Shown here: positions 28,339-34,568 of the stretch, one piece after another
Layout: each line of letters opens with the position of its first letter
Numbering within the stretch: the first letter of the stretch is position 1
NCBI GenBank assembly: GCA_938091905.1
Contig: CALKOM010000178.1
Coordinates: forward strand, 1-34,568
Source: an uncultured Verrucomicrobiales bacterium
GTDB taxonomy: Bacteria; Verrucomicrobiota; Verrucomicrobiia; Verrucomicrobiales; DEV007
Direction: 5' to 3'
DNA length: 34,568 nucleotides
Notes under the pieces: generated by a model
Databases searched by the model: none
The model's input: the letters and a program-made list of their open reading frames with translations, nothing else
What the model was told of the DNA's origin: nothing
Translations under genes and position numbers: made by a program

Positions 28339-28877
28339 ATGGACACGTCTCGCGAAGACCCTGACGCCGACCTGGTAGCTCTCCTCACGAGCCACCAATC
28401 AGCCTTGCGCCTTTACGTCCACTCCCTCATGCCAGGAAACTCAGCAGCAGCAGATGTCACGCAACAGGCCAACGCGACGATTTGGAAAAAGCGCGAGGAC
28501 TTCACACCCACTACCAATTTCAAAGCCTGGATTTTCGCGATCGCACGCTACGAAGTGCTCAACCATCGCAAACGACTCTCGCAAGGTCAGAAGCGGCTTG
28601 TTTTTAGCGAAACGCTAGAAGACCTCATCGCTGAAGAACTTCCCCAGCACGACCGTGATCTTGAAGCGGCCCATTCCGCACTCGAAAGGTGTCTATCCAA
28701 ACTCCGACCACAAGATCGTGAACTAATCCATCATCGCTACCAGCAACGCCCCCGCTTAAGGACTACGCAACGCAGGTTCAGCGCAGCGCTTCTGGATTGA
28801 GAGTCACCCTCTATCGAATACGAAATGCGCTTGCCAAATGTATTGCCAACGAGCTCGCAAAGGAGGGCCGCGCATGA
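28339..28877 (+). pseudogene. ECF sigma-70 factor (planctomycete/Verrucomicrobia type), frameshifted before region 4
   Basis: Region 2 is intact (AADVTQQANATIWKK...FKAWIFAIARYEV). A shift at the C5 run (28749-28753) restores PLKDYATQVQRSASGLRVTLYRIRNALAKCIANELAKEGRA*, whose stop overlaps the next gene's ATG (ATGA). Confidence 0.85.
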
Positions 28878-30133
28878 ATCTCATGGACCCCGGTCAACTC
28901 GTCGACGACCTGCTGGACGGCACGATTTCGAAAGACGACTTCGGCCGTTTAGAAGCCTTGCTAGAATCCGACGCAGGCGCAAGAGCCACCTATTATGACC
29001 GGCTACACTTGCATTCAGCCCTAGAGATTTCCGCAGAGGAGTCCCCAATCATTGCCTTTCCCTCTCAAAAATGCTCGAGATGGCTGTGGGTGGGTCGCAT
29101 GGCTGCGGCCATTGCTGTATTAGGCTCAGTGGCGTGGATCGGCTGGTTCTCTTGCCGCTCAAACGAAGTCGTCCTAGCCGAGCCAGCAGCGAGTGGCTTT
29201 GCCTTCATCGCGGATCAAGCCAATGCCACTTATATCATCGATGGTGAGACAGAACGGCATCCTAACAATGAATCTATGCGCCCCATGAAGGAGGGCGAAT
29301 CCATGCGATGGAATGCCAATGGGCACATGGAAGCGCTTCCTTTTGCCTCTCAAAGTGTCGCCGACATCGAGGCTGCTCTTTCTCAGCAGCGGGACGAACG
29401 TCGCACCCTGTGGCAGATGCACGCGGAGACTTGGGAAGAAGACCCACGCGTAGTCGCTTATTTCCCGATGGTCCAGCCTTCCACCGGCGAACGGCAACTG
29501 GTGGACATGAGCAGCCCTTCACATCATGGCACAATCGTTAGGGCAGCACAAGTAGCCGACCGCTGGGGGCATTCACAAGCGGCCCTCGATTTCGCTCCCA
29601 TGGGCAGCCGCGTTCGCGTTGTCATTCCCGAAGAACTTCACGCCCTGACGTTCTACTGCTGGGTAAAGATCGATAGCCTTGACCGCTGGTATAATTCCCT
29701 CTTCCTCACAGATGGCCATGAACTCAATGAGCCCCACTGGCAAATCATGAACGACGGAAGAATCTTCTTCTCTGTTAAAGCGCACAACGATTCCGGAGGT
29801 AATGACAAGCAGATATGTTATTCACCTTCCTTTTGGGATCCTAGCCTGAGCGGTCAGTGGATTCAACTTGCCACAAGCTTCGATAGTAATACTGGCCAAG
29901 TCGTTCACTACGTCAATGGCCGCCCCATTAGCGAAGTCGTCGTGCGGGATGCCATGCGCGTTGACAAGATTCGCATCGGAGCGGCCTCCATCGGCAACTG
30001 GAGCGAACCCGAAAGGAATGACCCGCACTTCGCCGTGCGCAATCTTAATGGTTCCATCGACGAATTCATTCTCTTTAACGCCGCATTGAGCGCCGCAGAA
30101 ATAGATCAACTTTATCAAGCCGGAAAACCCTGA
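28874..30133 (+). CDS. Anti-sigma factor-like protein with a LamG/ConA domain and an apparently deleted FecR core
   Basis: N-terminal LLDGTISKDDFGRLEALL...YYDRLHLHSAL, one TM, and a C-terminal LamG domain (TFYCWVKID, HYVNG, LNGSIDEFILFNAALSAAEI). Start set at the ATG overlapping the sigma stop. Confidence 0.8.
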   Translation: MNLMDPGQLVDDLLDGTISKDDFGRLEALLESDAGARATYYDRLHLHSALEISAEESPIIAFPSQKCSRWLWVGRMAAAIAVLGSVAWIGWFSCRSNEVVLAEPAASGFAFIADQANATYIIDGETERHPNNESMRPMKEGESMRWNANGHMEALPFASQSVADIEAALSQQRDERRTLWQMHAETWEEDPRVVAYFPMVQPSTGERQLVDMSSPSHHGTIVRAAQVADRWGHSQAALDFAPMGSRVRVVIPEELHALTFYCWVKIDSLDRWYNSLFLTDGHELNEPHWQIMNDGRIFFSVKAHNDSGGNDKQICYSPSFWDPSLSGQWIQLATSFDSNTGQVVHYVNGRPISEVVVRDAMRVDKIRIGAASIGNWSEPERNDPHFAVRNLNGSIDEFILFNAALSAAEIDQLYQAGKP

Positions 30134-30134
30134 C

Positions 30135-32867
30135 ATGAAATTTAGATTCTTTTTTCTAGCGCTCACGCCCTTCACCCTAGCTTCCGCAGCAGATGAGGAT
30201 GGCGAGCGCCTGTTCACTCTCACCGTGAAGCCAATCTTTGCCTCCAAGTGCCTTAGCTGTCATGGCGAGGATCCCAACAAACTCAAAGGAGACCTGAACA
30301 TGCTGACTCGGGAAGGTCTACTCAAAGGCGGAGAAAGCTCAAGCACCGTGTTGGTTCCCGGCAAACCTGAGGACAGTCTCCTCATCACCGCAGTAAAGTG
30401 GGCAGATCCAGACTACGAAATGCCACCCAAGGAGAATGATCGGCTTGACGAAAAACAAATTGCCTCACTTGAACACTGGATCCGACTTGGAGCACCTTGG
30501 CCCGCCCAAGAAACCCAAGATCGCTACGTCTCCGAAGAGCGTACGAAGGAACGCACAAAAGCCGGTATCCTTGTTTCCACGAGTGGCGGACTGGCCGACG
30601 ACTGGACGTATCGGCGATACAAGGACGAAGATCTTTGGGCTTTCCGTCCTGTATCCAAGCCTCCCCTTCCCAAACAAGCCGCACATCCTATCGACGCGTT
30701 CATTGAAGCTAAAATCGAGAAAGCAGGCTTCGAGCCCGCTCCCAAGGCAAGTCCTCGCGAACTCATCCGTCGTGCGACATTCGATCTCACAGGTCTTCCC
30801 CCCAAGCCAGACGAGACGGCTGCTTTCCTTGCAAGTTGGGAGGACGACGAAACTATAGCATGGGATGCCCTCATCACACGTTTGTTAGACAGCCCGCGCT
30901 ACGGCGAACGCTGGGGCCAACACTGGCTTGATGTGGCACGCTATGCCGACACCGCAGGTTTCTCGAATGACTTCGAACGCTCCAATGCCTGGCGTTACCG
31001 CGACTATGTGATTCGTTCGATGAATAACGACAAACCGTTTGATCAGTTTATCATGGAACAGATCGCCGGTGACGAACTAGCCCCCAACAATCCCGAAATG
31101 ATCATCGCAACAGGGTTCCTCCGCATGGGAAATTGGGGCACAGCCATGATTGAGCAACACGTCGCCCGTCAACTCTATCTAGATGACGTCGTGGACAACG
31201 TCGGCAAAGCCTTCCTCTCAATACCCATGAGTTGCTGCAAATGTCATGATCACAAATTCGATCCCATTCCTACCCGCGACTACTACAGTGTCTACGCCTC
31301 CTTCGCCACGACCCAACCAGCCGAACTACCCGCCCCATACCTAGCTATTGAGAACACAAAAGATTTTGAAAGCGAGAAAGCACTCGTCGACCAACTATGG
31401 CAACTCGCTGAAGACGACCGCAAACGTATCGTCAAGAAACAAGAAGACGCCGCTCGTGCCTGGTACAAAGCCAACAACAAGAAATATCTCACCCAGGCAG
31501 AGCGCAGGAATCTGCCTGACGGCACCAAGCCGCCACGTCATGTAGGGCTCGATCACGTCGACGAAGGCACTCTCAAGATACGTGAACAAGACACGCGCAT
31601 TTGGACTCGGCGCAAAGAACGCTTCAAGCCACTCGCTCAAGCCGTCTACTCTGGTCCCGACTACAAATACAACGGCGGCAAACTTCGCAAAGCCAAGAAA
31701 GCACACTCTAACTACGAACCCAAGAGTTACATTTTTTTAGGCGGTGCTGCCGAAGCCAAAGGAGAGGAAGTCACCCCTGGTGTCCTGAGTGCCATACCAG
31801 TCGAAGCCGATGTGCCCTCTACAACGGAAGGGCGTCGACTCGCAGTGGCCAAATGGATCGCTGATGCCAAGAACCCCCTATCCACCCGCTCCATCGTGAA
31901 TCGTGTCTGGCACAATCACTTTGGAAAAGGTATCTCGGCTACTCCTAACAATTTTGGAGCCAATGGCGCGAAGCCAACTCACCCCGAGTTGTTAGATTGG
32001 CTAACAGACGACTTCGTCGCGAATGGCTGGAAGTTCAAACAGCTCCACCGTCGTATCATGAGGTCGCAGACGTACCAGCAAGCCACCTCTCATCCCAAGA
32101 TGAAAGATTTGCGCACCGAAGACCCTAACAACAACCTAATCGCCTACGCTAAGCCGCGCCGCCTCACTGCCGAAGAGATCCGTGATGGACTCCTCGCTAT
32201 CACCGGTGAGCTGAACCCTGAGATGGGCGGTCTCCCAATTCGACCGGAGATTAACATGGAAGTTGCCCTGCAACCTCGAATGATCCAGTTCTCTATCGCT
32301 CCTGCTCATCAACCCTCCGCGAAGCCTGAGCAACGCAACAGAAGAAGCGTCTATACATACCGCGTGCGCGGACAGGCTGATCCCTTCTTAGAGATCTTTA
32401 ATCAGCCAAACCCGAACCAATCATGTGCCGCCAGAGACGCCGCCGCGGTTTCCCCTCAGGCCTTCACGCTGCTGAATAGCGATGTCATGACAGATCGCTC
32501 AATCGCCCTCGCCCTGCGTTTGGAGAAAGAATCCAACTCGCTTGAAGCGCAGCTCAGGCAAGCCTTCCAGCTCTCCCTGGGACGCGCGCCAGAGCAGACC
32601 GAACTAGAGCGCCTATCATCCTACGTGACAGAAATGGTAGCCTACCACAACAAGATCACACCCGAGCCCATCCCCTACCCCACTGAAGTAACCCGCTCGC
32701 TCGTCGAAGAGTTCTCCGGGCGCCCCTTCGAATACACAGAACACCTCCCAACTTTCCAGGACTACATCCCTGACAAGAAAGCCTGGGATGTCTCTGCTGA
32801 GACCCGTGCAATCGCAGACGTTTGCCTGGCGTTGTTTAATACAAACGAATTTATTTACGTCTACTAG
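30135..32867 (+). CDS. Planctomycete cytochrome c + DUF1549 + DUF1553 protein
   Basis: Signal peptide, CLSCHG...MPP, RRATFDLTGLPP, YGERWGQHWLDVARYADT, CCKCHDHKFDP, IVNRVWHNHFGKG, HPELLDWL and RRLTAEEIRD. Confidence 0.93.
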   Translation: MKFRFFFLALTPFTLASAADEDGERLFTLTVKPIFASKCLSCHGEDPNKLKGDLNMLTREGLLKGGESSSTVLVPGKPEDSLLITAVKWADPDYEMPPKENDRLDEKQIASLEHWIRLGAPWPAQETQDRYVSEERTKERTKAGILVSTSGGLADDWTYRRYKDEDLWAFRPVSKPPLPKQAAHPIDAFIEAKIEKAGFEPAPKASPRELIRRATFDLTGLPPKPDETAAFLASWEDDETIAWDALITRLLDSPRYGERWGQHWLDVARYADTAGFSNDFERSNAWRYRDYVIRSMNNDKPFDQFIMEQIAGDELAPNNPEMIIATGFLRMGNWGTAMIEQHVARQLYLDDVVDNVGKAFLSIPMSCCKCHDHKFDPIPTRDYYSVYASFATTQPAELPAPYLAIENTKDFESEKALVDQLWQLAEDDRKRIVKKQEDAARAWYKANNKKYLTQAERRNLPDGTKPPRHVGLDHVDEGTLKIREQDTRIWTRRKERFKPLAQAVYSGPDYKYNGGKLRKAKKAHSNYEPKSYIFLGGAAEAKGEEVTPGVLSAIPVEADVPSTTEGRRLAVAKWIADAKNPLSTRSIVNRVWHNHFGKGISATPNNFGANGAKPTHPELLDWLTDDFVANGWKFKQLHRRIMRSQTYQQATSHPKMKDLRTEDPNNNLIAYAKPRRLTAEEIRDGLLAITGELNPEMGGLPIRPEINMEVALQPRMIQFSIAPAHQPSAKPEQRNRRSVYTYRVRGQADPFLEIFNQPNPNQSCAARDAAAVSPQAFTLLNSDVMTDRSIALALRLEKESNSLEAQLRQAFQLSLGRAPEQTELERLSSYVTEMVAYHNKITPEPIPYPTEVTRSLVEEFSGRPFEYTEHLPTFQDYIPDKKAWDVSAETRAIADVCLALFNTNEFIYVY

Positions 32868-32906
32868 CAGCCTCCACCCAGAAATCATCCAACTTAGAAA
32901 TTCACT

Positions 32907-34286
32907 ATGAACACACGACGCGATTTCCTCTACGGTCTTGGTGCCTCTCTCGGCTCTGTCGCTTTCAGTGATCTTCTCGCTCAGGAGGCGGCTTCCTCGC
33001 CCCTGGCGCCGCAAGCGCCTCAGCTCCCAACAAAAGCAAAGCGCTGTATCATGCTCTTCATGGAAGGCGGCCCAAGCCAAGTCGACACCTTCGACCCAAA
33101 GCCTGAGCTGAATAAACGCCACCTGAAGCACTCTTCACTCACCCAGGCAATTGAGAGTGGTGACCGCTTCTTCGTGGGCTCTCCTTTCGGCTCCCGCAAA
33201 GTTGGCCAAGCGGGCATCGACATGTGCGATCAATTTGTCCACATGGCCGATCCCGAAGTGGCTGATGAACTCTGCGTCTATCGTGGTTGCCAAGCTGAAT
33301 CGCTCAATCATCCCGAAGCGCTGTTTCACATGAACACGGGGAGCCGCCTCGGTGGCGATCCCGGCCTCGGCTCCTGGGTCAACTATGGACTCGGCACACT
33401 CAATCAGAACCTTCCTGGCTATGTCGTGATGACGGAGCTGGCACTCCCACAAGGAGGCCCCGGCAACTGGACCAATGGCTTTCTCCCTGCCCACTACCAA
33501 GGCACGCGTTTACGCTCAGTCGGTTCGCCTATCCTAGATCTCAACAGCCAGCCGTTCAAATCACGAGAGCATCAGCGCCGCGCACTCGATGAGCTTGCCT
33601 TCCTCAATCAGCAGCATCACGACAACCATCCCGAGCACGCAGATCTCGCTGCCCGCATGGAAAGCTATGAACTCGCTTACCGCATGCAGACGGAAGTGCC
33701 TGGAGTCGTCGATATTGACTCTGAGTCCGAGCATGTGAAGTCGATGTACGGCCTAGACCAGGACGAAACCTCAGCCTTTGGTCGACAATGCCTCATGGCA
33801 CGACGTTTGGTCGAGCAAGGCACACGCTTCGTGCAAATCTTCTCAGGTGGTTGGGACAGTCATGATTTCCTCAAGCGAGGGCACTCCGCTAGAATTCAAA
33901 GCGTAGACAAGCCAATTGCAGGCCTCATCAAAGATCTCAAAACCCGCGGCCTCCTAGATGACACTCTCGTCATCTGGACAGGCGAATTCGGTCGCACTCC
34001 AGACAATGGCCACCGCGGCGGGGAAATGGCCCTAGGTCGCGGCCATAACATTAGCGCGATGGCCATGTGGTTCGCCGGAGGCGGGGTCAAAAAAGGTAGC
34101 GTGGTCGGTGCTACCGATGAACTAGGCAACACTGCCGTTGATGTCGTCCATCCCATCCGCGACGTCCATGTCACACTCTTGCATCTACTAGGTCTCGATG
34201 ACAACAAACTCACCTACTTCCACGGAGGCCGCTACAAACAGCTCTCCCAGTTCGGGGGCAAAGTGATCAATGAATTGATCGGATAG
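32907..34286 (+). CDS. DUF1501 domain protein with Tat signal
   Basis: TRRDFL, LFMEGGPSQVDTFDPKP, SYELAYRMQ, FGRQCLMARRLVE, GWDSH and GEFGRTP. Confidence 0.93.
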   Translation: MNTRRDFLYGLGASLGSVAFSDLLAQEAASSPLAPQAPQLPTKAKRCIMLFMEGGPSQVDTFDPKPELNKRHLKHSSLTQAIESGDRFFVGSPFGSRKVGQAGIDMCDQFVHMADPEVADELCVYRGCQAESLNHPEALFHMNTGSRLGGDPGLGSWVNYGLGTLNQNLPGYVVMTELALPQGGPGNWTNGFLPAHYQGTRLRSVGSPILDLNSQPFKSREHQRRALDELAFLNQQHHDNHPEHADLAARMESYELAYRMQTEVPGVVDIDSESEHVKSMYGLDQDETSAFGRQCLMARRLVEQGTRFVQIFSGGWDSHDFLKRGHSARIQSVDKPIAGLIKDLKTRGLLDDTLVIWTGEFGRTPDNGHRGGEMALGRGHNISAMAMWFAGGGVKKGSVVGATDELGNTAVDVVHPIRDVHVTLLHLLGLDDNKLTYFHGGRYKQLSQFGGKVINELIG

Positions 34287-34397
34287 ATTAGCAGATTCTA
34301 AGACCAAAGGTTTCGGGTGGAGTCGCCTTCTAAATGTCTTTATATAGTCATATGGTCATGTTAATATCACCCAACCATCCTCCCTTGATGCAACGGC

Positions 34398-34433
34398 ACC
34401 AGGTTGGGACGCAGTAGCTTCTCTCAACCTGGT
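34398..34433. repeat. Inverted repeat / hairpin
   Basis: ACCAGGTTG (34398-34406) and CAACCTGGT (34425-34433) are perfect reverse complements, extendable by about 3 bp. Confidence 0.7.
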
Positions 34434-34568
34434 ATTAATAAGGCCAACAAATACATGAACTTTTATTGAACCCTAGGGTTCGAGATAATGTGAAAAGAGA
34501 TGGTAGAAAGCTATCGAGTGCTGAGCAATTGTTGCAGCGTCAGAATGCGGTGAACATGTTCTTTGAGG
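34433..34568 (+). mobile_element. Probable left end of an IS630-family insertion sequence, with the transposase start at GTG 34490, cut by the window edge
   Basis: AT-rich TA-TTAATAAGGCC... end, then an open frame MKRDGRKLSSAEQLLQRQNAVNMFFE... resembling IS630 transposase N-termini as recalled (D-G/A-R-K-L-S ... AV). Only 26 codons are visible. Confidence 0.5.

Noticed and set aside
28838..28873. Track start of the anti-sigma at 28838
   Set aside because: This stretch is the C-terminus of the frameshifted sigma factor. ATG 28874, overlapping its stop, is the more natural start.
34468..34561. LexA/SOS boxes (GAACCCTAGGGTTC, GAACATGTTC)
   Set aside because: The GAAC-GTTC spacing is 6 and 2 nt rather than the 4 nt of the Gram-positive box.
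1..34568. CRISPR arrays, tRNA/rRNA genes, prophage or known anti-phage defence genes
   Set aside because: I saw no regularly spaced direct repeats, RNA gene signatures or matching protein motifs by eye. A covariance-model scan would be needed to exclude small RNAs.

Overview
Bacterial chromosomal window in the standard genetic code, with moderate GC and gene content typical of Verrucomicrobiota/PVC (two DUF1549/DUF1553 + DUF1501 clusters, planctomycete-type cytochrome c domains, an ECF sigma with a FecR-LamG anti-sigma). It holds about 25 genes. These include an LRR protein, thioredoxin, DhnA-type aldolase, USP-DUF389 fusion, PaaK-like ligase, LolD/FtsX-type ABC system, RlmI-like methyltransferase, KamA-family radical SAM, HTH regulator, LpxL-GT9 fusion, sugar epimerase, trpS, histidine kinase and GlcD-like oxidase. 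The best signal missed by the ORF track is a thioredoxin split at an in-frame TGA exactly at the first active-site Cys (W-TGA-G-P-C), followed by a SECIS-like hairpin: a probable membrane-anchored selenocysteine thioredoxin. Other signals are a frameshifted ECF sigma next to an anti-sigma that appears to lack its FecR core, a multiply broken pseudogene at 19.9-20.7 kb, back-to-back TTGACA promoters between the kamA-like gene and the HTH gene, and a probable IS630-like left end at the right edge. All family calls come from motif recognition by eye; no searches were run.
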